Shown: piece after piece, positions 37,600 to 49,363 of the stretch
How the letters are laid out: every line of letters begins with the position of its first letter
Position numbering within the stretch: position 1 is the first letter of the stretch
Source of the DNA: Isurus oxyrinchus
Taxonomy: Eukaryota
Direction: 5' to 3'
Length of the DNA stretch: 64,000 bases
NCBI GenBank assembly: GCA_026770705.1
Contig: JANJGN010000100.1
Location: forward strand, 1,674,001-1,738,000
The notes under the pieces: model-generated
Seen by the model: the letters and a program-made list of their open reading frames with translations, nothing else
The model's database searches: none
What the model was told of the DNA's origin: nothing
Translations under genes and position numbers: made by a program

Positions 37600-37950
37600 G
37601 CTCCTGCGCATGCGCATTTCTGCGTATGCTGGGGCATGCGCATTTCGTCTGTTTCATGAGCATGCGCAGTGCTGGTCTGTGACTGAAGCTGCTCAGAACG
37701 GGTGAGAGAATGTCGAGCGGAGCAAATTAACGGAGTTAGTGGCTGTGTGAGGAGGAATGGAGCCAGCGGAGTGGGCAGGGAGGCTTCATAAAGACACAGT
37801 GCAGGCCGCACATCCCAAATAACAAGGTACCGGTCTTGGGTTTGCAGAGAACGGGCCTAAAAATTCTGGATTTCTCCTTTCGCCAGGCCCGGGGTAACGG
37901 CCGCCATCTTTATAGGGGGCAATGTGCAGCAGGGCGCATGCGCGAACATC
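37600..37950 (+). promoter_or_regulatory. CpG-rich promoter-like cassette (NRF1 and YY1 motifs)
   Basis: Perfect TGCGCATGCGCA at 37605-37616, further GCATGCGC copies, and YY1 GCCGCCATCTT at 37900-37910. Confidence 0.7.
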
Positions 37951-38611
37951 CTGGTCCAGGTCGCAGGAGAAGAGATTGTTGCGCATTTCTATCCTGGACT
38001 GACAGGGATGGAGTTTGGAAACTCCTTTTGCAGGGGCTTAGAAGGGGAGGATTTACACACAGAAAACTCAAACCACGAGAAATGTTTGTCTCTTCTCAAT
38101 TTATGTTCGGGATTGACAATGATGGATTTTGTGAACTATTTACAGGGTGTTGGAAGAGGAGGGCAAACTCGAGGGAGATGAGAAACCAAAACCAAACATC
38201 ACGTCAAAATCTGAAAGTCACTTGTTTCACCAGGACCTGAATATCACCTGAATATCAACGTAAGCTTTGAGTTCCAGGTCATTACCAGTCGCTAGGTAAA
38301 AAAAACTCTTCCTGGCATCCCCCTTGTGGATCTTGCCCAAAATCTTAAAACTCTGTCCCTTAATTCTTTCATAATCAGCTAATGGGAACAGCTTTAATTT
38401 AACTAACTTTCATAATCCTGTACCCCTCTATCAAATCTTCACTCAATCTCCTTTACTCCAAGGAGAACAACCCCAGTTTCTCGAATCTCATCTTACAGTT
38501 AAAACCCCTCATCTCTTGAACCATTCTGGTTAATCTCCTCTGTACCCTCACATCCTTCACAACGTGTGGTGATCACTAGTTTGCACGGACCCAGATGTTC
38601 TGTTTTTGTGC

Positions 38612-38682
38612 CTGTGACATCATCACACATTGACAATTACACTGTGACATCATCACACATCGACAATTACACAGTGACATCA
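38612..38682 (+). repeat. 30-bp tandem repeat (~2.3 copies)
   Basis: Unit gtgacatcatcacacat(t/c)gacaattacac(t/a). Confidence 0.9.
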
Positions 38683-39231
38683 CTCGGATCCCTGGGTATT
38701 TCCTCAACTGGGAGATTTTTCTCTGACTCCAGTGTTTCTGATATCTTTCCAGCTGCAGGCTCCAGCAGGAGAGTTTAAAGTTGAAAACTGAAACTGTTTC
38801 AGAGTTGACTGTTTCTCACCATCCACCCACAATTTAGAGCTTTTAGGTCTGTGCTCTGTATCTGTGAGAGGCTCCATGGCTCTGGGGCTGGTGTGGCTCC
38901 TTTACTGTGGATCTGAATCCATGTTCATCCTTTGATCTGTTTCACCTCTGCCCACCCTGATCACCTCTCTGCCATTGTTTAACTTCCCCTGTCTCTAATA
39001 ATGGATGTATTTGAGTTATTTTTAGTATTTTACTGTTACTTCTGTCGACTGTGTCCAAATGAAGTTTCCACCACTGCCCACCCCCTGACCATGTGCTGCT
39101 GGCTTCCCAGCTTTATCTTCCCACAGTATCTTTCACAGTCAGGAATTGCTTTTCCTGACCTATAATCCATTTCTATTCCACTTCTGAGTTTATATTGACC
39201 ATCATATTTGGCACCATTTTTACTCCCTGAG

Positions 39232-39551
39232 AGGAGGCGATGGTGTAATGGTATTGTCACTGGACGAGTAATCCAGAGACCTAGGGAAATATCCTGGGGA
39301 CCCAGATTCAAATCCCGTCATGGCAGATGGTGGAATTCCAATTCCATGAAAAAAATCTAGAATTAAAAGTCTAATGATGACCAATGATGATTGTTGTAAA
39401 AACCCACCTGGATCACTCGCACCCTTTAGGGAAGGAAATCTGCCGTCCTTAGTCTTGGCCTACACGTGACTCCAGACCACAGCAGTGGTTGACTTTTAAC
39501 TGCCCTCTGAATGCTGGCCTAGTCAGTGATGCCCACATGAATTTAGAAAAA
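39232..39551 (+). mobile_element. HE1-type tRNA-derived SINE
   Basis: tRNA-like head (tggtgtaatggt...gattcaaatcc), core tttagggaaggaaatctgccgtcctt, and a tail aatgctggcctagtcagtgatgcccacat shared with the HER1-like LINE. Confidence 0.8.
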
Positions 39552-40689
39552 ATCATTCTGCAAACTTTGAAAGATTAACTCTGTCTCTCTCCACAGATAC
39601 CAGCATCATTTTTGATATCCCCAGTTGCCTGTGGAGAAGATGAAGTTTGACCTTCTTGAACCGCTGCAGTCCGTGTGGTGAAGGTGCTCCCACAATGCTG
39701 TTAGGTAAGGAGTTACAGGTTATTCACCCAGTGATGATGAAGGAACAGTGATATATGTCCAAATCAATAGCAACAATTTATATTTATATGGCACTTTCAA
39801 TGTAAGACAATATTCCAAGAATTTCATAGAAATGTTAAAAGCAAGGTTTGACACTGAGCCAAACAAGGAGATATTGGGGCAGGTGACCAAACGTTTGGTC
39901 AAAGAGGTAGGTTTTAAGGAGTGTCTTAAAGGAGAAAAATGAAGTAGAGAGGAAGAGAGGTTTGGGGAGAAAATTCCAGAGCTCTCTGTCCTTGGCCTGT
40001 TTCAATGAAGCTCAATGGGGGCTTGAGGAATAGCACTTTACAACCTTCCGGACTCAACATCGAGTTCAGCAGTTTCTGCATCAACAGTGAGTTGTCAGGA
40101 TCTGGAACATTCTACCTGAAAAGGTGCTGGAACCTGATTCTATCAGGAATTTTAAAAGGAAGTTGACCGGGATTTGGGATTGAGTAACTTACAGGGTGAC
40201 AAACCGAAAGTGGGTGTGTAGGACTAAACACGACAGCTCTTTCAAAGAGACAGCACAAGCACAAAGGGGTTGAATGGCCTCCTGTGCTGTAAGTTTCGAT
40301 GATTCTCGGAGTTGGCCATTTAGCCCCTCGAGTCTGTCCCACCATGCAATCAGATCAGGCTGATCTGTGACCCTTTGTCTCATGTCCCTTGATTTACATC
40401 TTGGGTTAGGAAGGATCTATCAATGCCAGATTGAAACTGAACATTGATCAAGCATGTACTGCTAATTCAGGAAGAGAATTCCAAACTTCTCCCAACTTTA
40501 CCTGGAGAAGATTTTCCTAATCTCACTTCTGAAAGGTCTGGCTCTAATTTTTAGACTATGTTCCCCAGTCCTGGATTCCCCAACCAATGGAAATAGTTCC
40601 CCTCTATCTACCACACCATTTCCAATTAATGTCATGAAAACTTCGAGAAAATCCTCCTCAATCTTCTAAATTCCAGGGAATACAAACCT

Positions 40690-41465
40690 CACAGTGAGAT
40701 GATGAATATTGGCAGAATGAATAGGGCACTCAATGGTACAGTCCTAAAGAGTGTGTAGGGACTTGGGTTGCCAAGGGTTAATGTGCATAAACATTTGAAG
40801 GTGAAAGGACATATTGAGAGAGCAGTTCGCAAAATATATGAGATCGTGGGCTTCATAAGCAGATTTAATGTGTATAAACGCAGGGAAAATAAGCTGACCC
40901 GTTGTAAAGCTCTGGTTAGGTCACAACAGGAGTATTGCATCCAGTTCTGGTCTCCACACTTTAGGAAAGGGGTGAGGGTCCTTGAAAAGATGCGGAGGAG
41001 ATTTACCAGAATGGTTCCAGGAAAAAAGGGAATTCGGTTACAAAGTGAGATTGGAGAAGCTGAAGTTGTTCTTCTTGGAGTTACAGAGTTGAGGGGAGAT
41101 TTGTTAGAGGTGAACAAGATGTGATAGGTTTAGATAAGGTGGACAAAGAAAATGTTTCCATTTGGTGATGGTACAAGGATTAGGGAGACACATATTGAAG
41201 GTTATGGGCAATAGATACAGGGCAAATGCAGGGAGGAACATTTTACACAACAAATGGTAATAACCCCGAACTCTCTGCCTATGAGGGGGCTGGAAGCAGA
41301 CATGATCAATACTTTAAAATTAAATTGGACCAGCATTTAAGAGAAATAAACATGCAGGGAGTTGAAAACACAGCGGGGCAATGAGACAGACTGGATTGCT
41401 CTGCAGAGAGTTGGCATGGACTCAATGGGCTGAATGGCCTCTTTCTGTGCTGTCATTGCTCTGAT
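40690..41465 (+). mobile_element. CR1-type LINE 3' fragment
   Basis: KALVRSQQEYCIQFWSPH..LEKMRRRFTRMVPG, then the 3' UTR gggctgaatggcct. Confidence 0.85.
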
Positions 41466-41749
41466 GATTTGTTTGACCACTCCTCATAATTTAAACTTTG
41501 GAGTCCAGTTGTTATTCAGGTACATCCGCACTGCTCTCCCACTAAGGCCAATATAGTCTATCCTTCCTAAGGTGTGATGCCCAGAACTGAACACAGTAAA
41601 TCCTGTCCTGATGAAAGGTCACATTGACTCGAAACATTAGCTCTGTTTCTCTCCACTGATGCTGCCTGACCTGCTGAGTACTTCCAGCAGTTTTTATTTT
41701 TATTACAGTGGTTTAGGTGCAGTCTAACCAGGATTTTGAAAATCTCGGT

Positions 41750-42035
41750 GCTTTTCCCACAAACAGAACAGACAAACCTTTTTCCTTCCACAATCAAAGT
41801 CCAATGATATTCAGGACCTGATGACTCGAGTGACTCTGTCCGATCTGGATGTGATGTTTGGTTTGAGTTTCTCCATCTACAAATCCTTCCCATTGGAAAT
41901 CCTGTAAAAAGGAGATTATAAAAATAATTCCGTCAGTCCAGGATAGAAATTAAGAGACAAACATTTCCATGGGTTTGAGTTTACTATGTGTAATTCATCC
42001 CCTTCTAACCCTCTGTAAAAGTAGTTTCCAAACAC
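41750..42035 (-). pseudogene. Truncated ZNF leader (acceptor modules plus first degenerate finger), head-to-head with the intact ZNF
   Basis: Minus strand has ctcctttttacag acceptor modules and SSGPEYH..VEGKRFVCSVCGK, homologous to 44444-44590. Confidence 0.75.
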
Positions 42036-42149
42036 TCGGTGTGAACTCGGTCTGGGAGTTTCTAATCCGGTTTTGGAGTCCTACACCGGGTGTTTGTGAA
42101 CCCTCCCAGTCCACCCTCCAGCTCCATTCCTCTCCTGCACTCGGCCCTT

Positions 42150-42700
42150 TCTCACTGGCTGGACTTTCAACCCGACCGTTTTCATCCTGATCCCTCACTG
42201 ATACAGCGCATGCTTCAAGGGAAGTTCGGCCACGCCCCTCATTCATTCCGATTGGTCGGAGGACCAGCCGCTCCCGCTCGGACCTCCAGGCCCGTCCCCT
42301 GTCCCTATTGGTCCGGAGTTGACGTCAATCATTGTGAGCTGGAGCGTGCGCATTGCGTGGAGTCAGACGTGAGGAGAGCTGGAGGGAGCGGATTTAAAAT
42401 GCGGGATTTACAAATTCTGAATGTGGATTCAGGGCCGGAAAAAAAAACCCGTAAGCATAGATAGGGCTGGAGGGTAAGTTGGGAGGCTTTAAGAATTCAC
42501 GGTCTCTGTCCTAAACCCTCAATAAGGAACCATCGGTTCAACCACAGCTTAGGCCATTTCTCCGAAAGTAGGCCCGAGTTAACGGCCGCCAACTTCATAG
42601 GGGATAAGGAGCAGCAGAGCGCATGTGCGGTCACCATCTTTGTAGGGGGCAATGTTCAACAGGGCGCATGCGTGGCCGCCATCTTTACAGAGGCTGCAGA
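42150..42700. promoter_or_regulatory. CpG-rich, probably bidirectional promoter and first non-coding exon of the ZNF gene
   Basis: Inverted CCAAT boxes (~42251, ~42307), CRE TGACGTCA 42320-42327, splice donor GG|gtaagt at 42474, and tandem YY1/NRF1 units at 42580-42690. Confidence 0.7.
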
Positions 42701-43329
42701 CCCGGATGAATGACCCGCAGGAGGGACAATAAATCAGAGATAGAGTTTGGTGTGAAATCAATGGGTTGTTGTAAAACAGGAGATCAGGGTCACAGTCAGA
42801 AACAACAACAACTTCTATTAACATCATACATCATCCCAGTGAGCTTCACAGGGAAATTATAAAACAAAGTGTGACACCCAGACACAGGAGGAGATATTAG
42901 GGCAGGTGACCAAAAATAGTTAAATAGACGGTTGGTTGTACGGAATTTGAATATTACCGTTAAAGCTTTTCCTGTTGCACTCCCAGGACAGATGCAAGAA
43001 TCCCAAATTTCAGAGGGAACAACAATTTCTGCTGTATGAGAAAAGGGTGCAGATTGGTTGGCCAGTCAGCTCTGATTGGTTGTTGTCATGGAGAACACCG
43101 CAAGGAGCTATCATCCTCTGTGCTTTTGTTTAATTCCACAATAGACCCTGTGCCTGGACTTGTTCCTTCTGCCTGTGGAGGACAGGTCCCAGTGGATGAA
43201 CATACGGAGCTTCTAGCAAGTGTAAATGAGCCACCTTACAAGCCTGACTGATAATTTTTGAAATTTGATATTCTTCCCTCTATCCCGATGAGTACAAGAT
43301 AAAATGTTTTGACAGAATGTCTTTTTTTA

Positions 43330-43970
43330 TTAATACTCAGTTGTCTGAAAGGGGGAAAGTGTGGTGGACAGAGGGAGAGTATTTCAGAGCTTGGGGTCGA
43401 GGGAACTGAAGGCACGGACACTAATGGTGGAGCAATTAAAATAGGGGTGTTAGAATTAGAGCAGTGCAGATATCTCAGAGGCTTGTGGGTCTGTAGGAGA
43501 TGGCAGAGATAGGGAGAGAGGAGGCCATGGGAGGATTTGAAAACAAGGATGAGAATTTTAAAATCAAGTTGCTGCTTGAACGGGAGCCAAGGAAGGTCAG
43601 GGAACGGGCTTAGCTGTGAGTGACGACTCAGACAGCAAAAATATGGATGTCTTTAAGGTTACGAAGGGTAGAATGTAGGAGACCAGCCAGGAGTGTGTTG
43701 GAATGGTTGAGTCCAGAGGTAAAAATGGCAGTGAGACACTCCTGAGACAGGGGTGAGGTCAGGTGATATTACGGAGGTGGAAACAGGCGATTTTAGTGAT
43801 GGCACAGATATGAGGTCAGCAACTCATTTCGAGATCAAATGTAACACCAAGTTTGTGAACAGACTGGTTTAATCTCAGACTGTTACCAGGGAGAGGGATG
43901 GAGTTGGTATCTGGGAAATGGAGATTGGAGCAGGGACCAAAAACTGTCTTCAGCCTTCTCAGTGTTTAAT
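43330..43970 (-). mobile_element. L2-like LINE fragment
   Basis: gaggccatgggaggatttgaaaacaaggatgagaatttt and ggttgagtccagagg patterns; homologous to 57650-58400 and 49370-49790. Confidence 0.6.
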
Positions 43971-44808
43971 TGAAGTTAATTAGTCATCAGGAAGGGAAGC
44001 AGGAACCAGAATGGGCCATGAGACTGATCCCAGGTTTAACTCAGAGAGGGAGAGAAGGAAACCCTCGGACGTTTGGAGAAACCACCTTCATAATCACTCA
44101 TTAAATCTGCACACAGTAAGTTTTGGGCACAAGGTTAACATCTGTTATTCTGCATGGCTGGTGAGGGGGTTTCAGATTAATGTTTTGTCATGAGTAATCT
44201 CTGAAGTGAATGATCAGACATATTGTCACCTCCAGTTGTAGAAATTTGTTAAAAAGTTACAGAAGGAATTGTCCAAAACTCTGTTTGGATTTCAGCACAA
44301 GGAGGAGGGAGAGTGTGTGGGATGGGGATTTGCAGCTTTCAGGGAACAAGAGAGGAAAAAAATGTTCCGTAGAAACTAGAATTGTCTGTTCTGAATTTCT
44401 ATCCTGTTCTTACAGTGATGACACTTGTAAACTCCTTTTACAGAGAATTAGAAGGGGAGGATTTTCAGGCAGGAAACTCAAACCAAACATCACATCAAGA
44501 TCTGACAGAGTCACTCGATTCATCAGGACCTGAATATCATCACCTTTGAATGTGGAGGGAGGAACGTTTGTCTGTTCTGTCTGTGGGAAAATGTTTCAAA
44601 CATCAGTGTGACTGGAAAAGCACCGAGACACACACACACCCGAGTGAGAGTGTTCCAGTGAACTGACTGTGGAAAGAGCTTTAGCCAGTTACACAGCCTG
44701 AAATAACATCACACCATTCACAGCGGGGAGAAACTGTACACGTGTTCGTTGTGTGGACGAGGCTTCAACTGATCACCAAACTTGGAGAGACACAGGGACA
44801 CCTGCACC

Positions 44809-46299
44809 ATGGAGAAACCATGGAAATGTGAGGACTGTGGGAAAGGATTCAATTGTCCTTCCAAACTGGAAATCCATCGACGCAGTCACACTGGGGAAAG
44901 GCCGTTCACCTGCTCCGAGTGTGGGAAGGGGTTTACTCAATTATCCAGCCTGCTGACACACCAGCGAGTTCACACTGGAGAGAGACCATTCACCTGCTCC
45001 GAGTGTGGGAAAGGATTCAAGCGGTTATCCCACCTGCTGACACACCAGCAAGTTCACACTGGCGTGGGACCATTCACCTGCTCTGAGTGTGGGAAGGGAT
45101 TCACTCAGTCATCCAACCTGCTGATGCACCAGCTAATTCACACTGGAGAGAGACCATTCTCCTGCTCTGAGTGTGGGAAGGGATTCACTCAGTCATCAAA
45201 CCTGCTGACACACCAGCGAGTTCATACTGGGGAAAGACCATTCACCTGTTCCGAGTGTGGGAAGGGATACACTCAGTTATCCACCCTGCTGACACACCAG
45301 CAAGTTCACACTGGAGAGAGACCATTCACCTGCATGGTATGTGGGAAAGGATTCACTGGCTCCTCTGACCTGCTGACGCACCAGCGAATTCACACTGAGG
45401 AGAGGCCGTTCAGTTGTACTTCCTGTAGAAAGAGATTCAGGACTTCATTCAACCTCAAAGTGCACCAGCAAATTCACACTGGGGAGAGGCCTTTCACCTG
45501 CTCCGAGTGTGGGAAGGCATTCACTCAGTCATCAAACCTGCTGACACACCAGCGAGTTCATACTGGGGAGAGACCGTTCACCTGCTCCGAGTGTGGGAAG
45601 GGATACACTCAGTTATCCACCCTGCTGACACACCAGCAAGTTCACACTGGAGAGAGACCATTCACCTGCATGGTATGTGGGAAAGGATTCACTGGGTCCT
45701 CTGACCTGCTGAAGCACCAGCGAATTCACACTGAGGAGAGGCCGTTCAGTTGTACTTCCTGTAGAAAGAGATTCAGGACTTCATTCAACCTCAAAGTGCA
45801 CCAGCGAGTTCACACTGGAGAGAGGCCTTTCACCTGTTCCAAGTGTGGGACGGGATTCACTCAGTCATCCACCCTGCTGACACACCAGCGAGTTCACAAT
45901 GAAGAGACACCATTCTTCTGCTCCGAGTGTGGGAAGAAATTCACTAAGTCATCTAACCTACTGACACACCAGCGAGTTCACACTGGAGAGAGGCCATTCA
46001 CCTGCTCCAAGTGTGGGAAGAAATTCACTCATTCATCAAACCTTCTGACACACCAGCGAGTTCACACTGGGGAGAGACCATTCACCTGCTCCGAGTGTGG
46101 GAAGGGATTCACTCAGTTATGCAGCCTGCTGAAACACCAGCGAATTCACACAAGGAGAGGCTGTTCTGCTGTACTTCCTGTGGAAAAAGGATTCAACCTT
46201 AATTCCACCTCAGTGTACACCAGTGAATTCACATTGGAGAGAGACCATCCACCTGCTCCGAGTGTGGAAAGGGATTCACTAATTTATCCAACCTGTTGA
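44809..46299 (+). CDS. C2H2 poly-zinc-finger protein, 16 intact fingers, no effector domain visible
   Basis: ATG in a strong Kozak context (cACCATGG). CxxC-x12-HxxxH repeats with TGERPF linkers. A frameshift at ~46150 turns fingers 17-19 into a non-finger tail and 3' UTR. Acceptor ctccttttacag at 44443; AATAAA at 46551. Confidence 0.9.
   Translation: MEKPWKCEDCGKGFNCPSKLEIHRRSHTGERPFTCSECGKGFTQLSSLLTHQRVHTGERPFTCSECGKGFKRLSHLLTHQQVHTGVGPFTCSECGKGFTQSSNLLMHQLIHTGERPFSCSECGKGFTQSSNLLTHQRVHTGERPFTCSECGKGYTQLSTLLTHQQVHTGERPFTCMVCGKGFTGSSDLLTHQRIHTEERPFSCTSCRKRFRTSFNLKVHQQIHTGERPFTCSECGKAFTQSSNLLTHQRVHTGERPFTCSECGKGYTQLSTLLTHQQVHTGERPFTCMVCGKGFTGSSDLLKHQRIHTEERPFSCTSCRKRFRTSFNLKVHQRVHTGERPFTCSKCGTGFTQSSTLLTHQRVHNEETPFFCSECGKKFTKSSNLLTHQRVHTGERPFTCSKCGKKFTHSSNLLTHQRVHTGERPFTCSECGKGFTQLCSLLKHQRIHTRRGCSAVLPVEKGFNLNSTSVYTSEFTLERDHPPAPSVERDSLIYPTC
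45163..45834 (+). repeat. 336-bp internal tandem duplication (fingers 5-8 repeated as fingers 9-12)
   Basis: The helix series QSSN / QLST / GSSD / TSFN occurs twice with near-identical DNA. Confidence 0.9.
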
Positions 46300-46550
46300 G
46301 ACACCAGTGAGTTCACACTGGGGAGAGACTGTTCACCTTCTCCGAATGGAGGCAGGGATTCACTTGCTTATCCCACCTGCTCAGACACCAGCGAGTTCAC
46401 AAGTGTCTGCAGGGGTTGGATTCTGCTGTTATTGCTGCTGTTAATCACATCCAGAACTGAACCATGTTCATTCTGATAGCTGTGGTTTGTTTCTGCTGAT
46501 GTTAATAATCCCTGTAACTGGGCTGAAGTTTAATATCTTGATGTCTGTTA

Positions 46551-46556
46551 AATAAA
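46551..46556 (+). terminator. ZNF poly(A) signal
   Basis: AATAAA at the end of a 3' UTR shared with the minus-strand ZNF paralog. Confidence 0.7.
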
Positions 46557-47127
46557 TCAGTTTTGCTTCAATCTCTAAGAATGTCGAGTCCTTGATTTCT
46601 CCAGGATAAGAGGAGACTGATTGATGTCCTGTTCCCAACTGCTCCATTTTTGGATCTTTTCTCCTTTCTCATTCTAGATTCTTTCAGTTCTCAGACCTTT
46701 GGTTACTCATGGATAAGTCCCATCTCCCCACACCTCCTAGAGAGCCTTGGGATCCAGGGAAGTATCGGTATTAAAAACAAAATGCTGGAAATAACCGATA
46801 CTTTTCCGAGTGCCAACTGATTTTCTCCCAGATTATTGTCTCCAGCCTTTCCCCACCACTGATGTGAAGCTGATTGTCCTGGAATTGCTGTGTTTTTGAA
46901 CAGGGGTGTAACATTTACAATCTGTCAGTCCTTTGACACCACTACTATATAAGGAGGATTGGAAGATTGTGACCAGAGCCTCCACAAGTTCCATATGAAG
47001 GATGCTGTCTCTGACAGTGCAGCAGTCCCTCAATGTCACCCTGGAGTGTCAGCCTAGATAATGTGCTCAGGTTTATTAATATTTCCTCTTGTTATTGATG
47101 TGGATCATTAAGAAACAATGGACTCTT

Positions 47128-47209
47128 ATGATGTCATCCAATCCCAGTGCGATGATGTCATCCAGTCCCAGTGCGATGATGTCATCCAGTCCCAGTGCGA
47201 TGATGTCAT
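47128..47209 (+). repeat. 24-bp tandem repeat (~3.4 copies)
   Basis: Unit atgatgtcatccagtcccagtgcg. Confidence 0.92.
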
Positions 47210-47385
47210 GAGGACTAATAAATACCAGCGGAGCCTTAGTGGTGAAAACAGTTTTGTTCGAGATGGCAACAAGTCCATTACTGATAGATCAGCAAATGGA
47301 ATTAATGGGAAAGAAAGTGAGGCAGCTCATGAACATCAGGAATAGTGTTGTGGATTATGAGGATGAGAAACATGTATAGTATATG

Positions 47386-47663
47386 TCCCATCTCCCGACA
47401 CTACCCCATCTCCTGACACTCTGCCCCCATCTCCTGACACTCTGCCCCCATCTCCTGACACTCTGCCCCTATCTTCCGACCCTCTGCCCCATCTCCTGAC
47501 ACTCTGCCCCAACTCCCGACACTCTCCCCTCATCTCCCGACACTGCCCCCATCTCCCGACACTCTGCCCCCATCTCCCGACACTCTGCCCTCATCTCCCG
47601 ACAAGTTGCCCCCATCTCCCAACGCTCTGCCTCCATCTCCTGACACTCTGCTCCATCTCCCGA
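47386..47663 (+). repeat. 21-bp minisatellite (~13 copies)
   Basis: Unit ccatctcc(t/c)gacactctgccc. Confidence 0.92.
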
Positions 47664-48629
47664 GCAGCCTGTCTCTACCTCTGCTGAACCCACACAGGAT
47701 GCACCATGTTGAAACCAGAGGAAAGGACTGGGTGAGAAATTGTAAGTCACCAAGGGTGAGCACATGGGGGTTTGACAAAATATTAAGTTTCCTGTTTTTA
47801 ACAATGAAACTTAAAACACATTGATTGGAACCACTTCCAGCTCTTGTCCATTCTGACATCCCGTGGGCCAGCTCACCCTCTCACTGCGTTCATGCTGAAT
47901 GTCAATCCAGGCTGGGAGCCATTGGGTGGATGTGCAATGGGTGGATGAGTGGGTGGAGGAATGTTCAGTTCACAGGGAGGGGGATGGGAGAGGGGTGTTG
48001 GTGCTGGTGGTGGGAAGTGTTTATTCTGAAGGAGTCCCACCTGAAATAGTGACTATTAACTTATCACTTTCTAATGGTGATTGACCTGCTGTGTATTTGC
48101 CAGGTTTGTCCTGTTCAGTATTTCAGTATTTATATATTTTTATTTTTGCTAAAACATGTTCTTGTTCTGACACTGAAATCCATCGAGTACACAGGAGGAC
48201 TCAACTGGTCCAAACCTCTTATGGTATCAATAAACAAAAATCCAACAAGATGTTTATTTGTGGAATTGTTCTTCTCTGAGACCCGGGACGGTCAAACTAT
48301 GTCCCAAAGTTCAGCATTGCACCTTGAGCCTGGGCTATGGGGCCCACATACATGGAGCACCATTACCTTCATCCATGATTTTAATCATTCGACCATTGAT
48401 GGCCGGGCCTTCAGCTGCCTGGACCCTAAGCTTTGGAATTTCCTCCCTAAACCTCTCCACCTTTCTAATTCACTTTCCTCCTTTCAGACACTCCTTATAA
48501 CTGACCTCATTGTCCAAGCAGTTGGTCATCTGACCTAATATGTCCTTATGCCCCTTTGAAATTCTTGAGACAATGTATTACGTTAGAAGCTCGATATAAA
48601 TATAAGTTGTTGCATTTGTTGTTGTATTT

Positions 48630-48758
48630 CAGTTAGACCTGATCACTTATTGAGTCTGTATGAATGTAACTCAGATAGACACAGCTTGTGTCATAGTTCA
48701 GTTAGACCTGATCACTTATTGAGTCTGTATCAATGTAACTTGGATAGACACAGCTTGT
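48630..48758 (+). repeat. 69-bp tandem duplication
   Basis: cagttagacctgatcacttattgagtctgtat... starts at 48630 and 48699. Confidence 0.88.
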
Positions 48759-49039
48759 TGGAACAGACCTGGGGAGAAAGAGGCTCTGAATTAATCACTG
48801 GACTTTCTGTTCTCCACAGTTGGGAAAAAGGTGATTCTTTCCAAGCATCCAAATGATGAATCAAGTAATTAAAGATGGTTTGTTGTTTTAAGTTGAATTA
48901 TTTGGTAGGATTTGAGTGAAGGAGTGGGATTGACCCACAGCCTGACCCACCACTTTAAGGACAGGAAGAGAGAGAATTTGGAGAGGGGAAAAGAATTAGT
49001 AGGTGACTGGGCACTGTATCTGGAACAATGAGCAGAGAG

Positions 49040-49363
49040 GGGGAGGATTGTGTGGGATGGGGATTTATAGATTTGGGGGAATGAAAGGAGAAAGAATGTT
49101 CCATAGAAACTAGAATAGTCTGTTCTGAGTTTCTATCCTGTACTGACAGTGATGACTATTGTAAACTCTGTTTACAGGGGATTAGAGGGAGAGCATTTTC
49201 AGATGGGAAACTCAAACCAAAAATCTTGCAAGATCTTATAAAATCACTGAATTCATATCTGATCAGCCTCTGATTATGGAAGGAGAATTGTTTGTTCTGT
49301 CTGTGCGGAAATATTTAAATCATCAGTGTGACTGGAAAATCAGCGGGATACACACACACACGA
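49040..49363 (+). pseudogene. Orphan ZNF leader (acceptor plus first vestigial finger), cut by an L2-like element
   Basis: Colinear with 44305-44642, including catcagtgtgactggaaaa. Confidence 0.75.

Larger units (their letters stand above)
36510..39215 (+). repeat. Segmental duplication (ZNF promoter/leader cassette); second copy at ~55310-57600
   Basis: Colinear homology includes the NRF1-motif block, double splice-acceptor module, 30-bp repeat and gatatctttccagctgcaggctccagcaggag. Confidence 0.88.

Noticed and set aside
44655-44672. TGA at a zinc-ligand Cys position (Q*TDC) in two ZNF paralogs, suggesting selenocysteine
   Set aside because: Neighbouring stops fall at non-Cys positions, include TAA and are accompanied by frameshifts. 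No SECIS was recognised.
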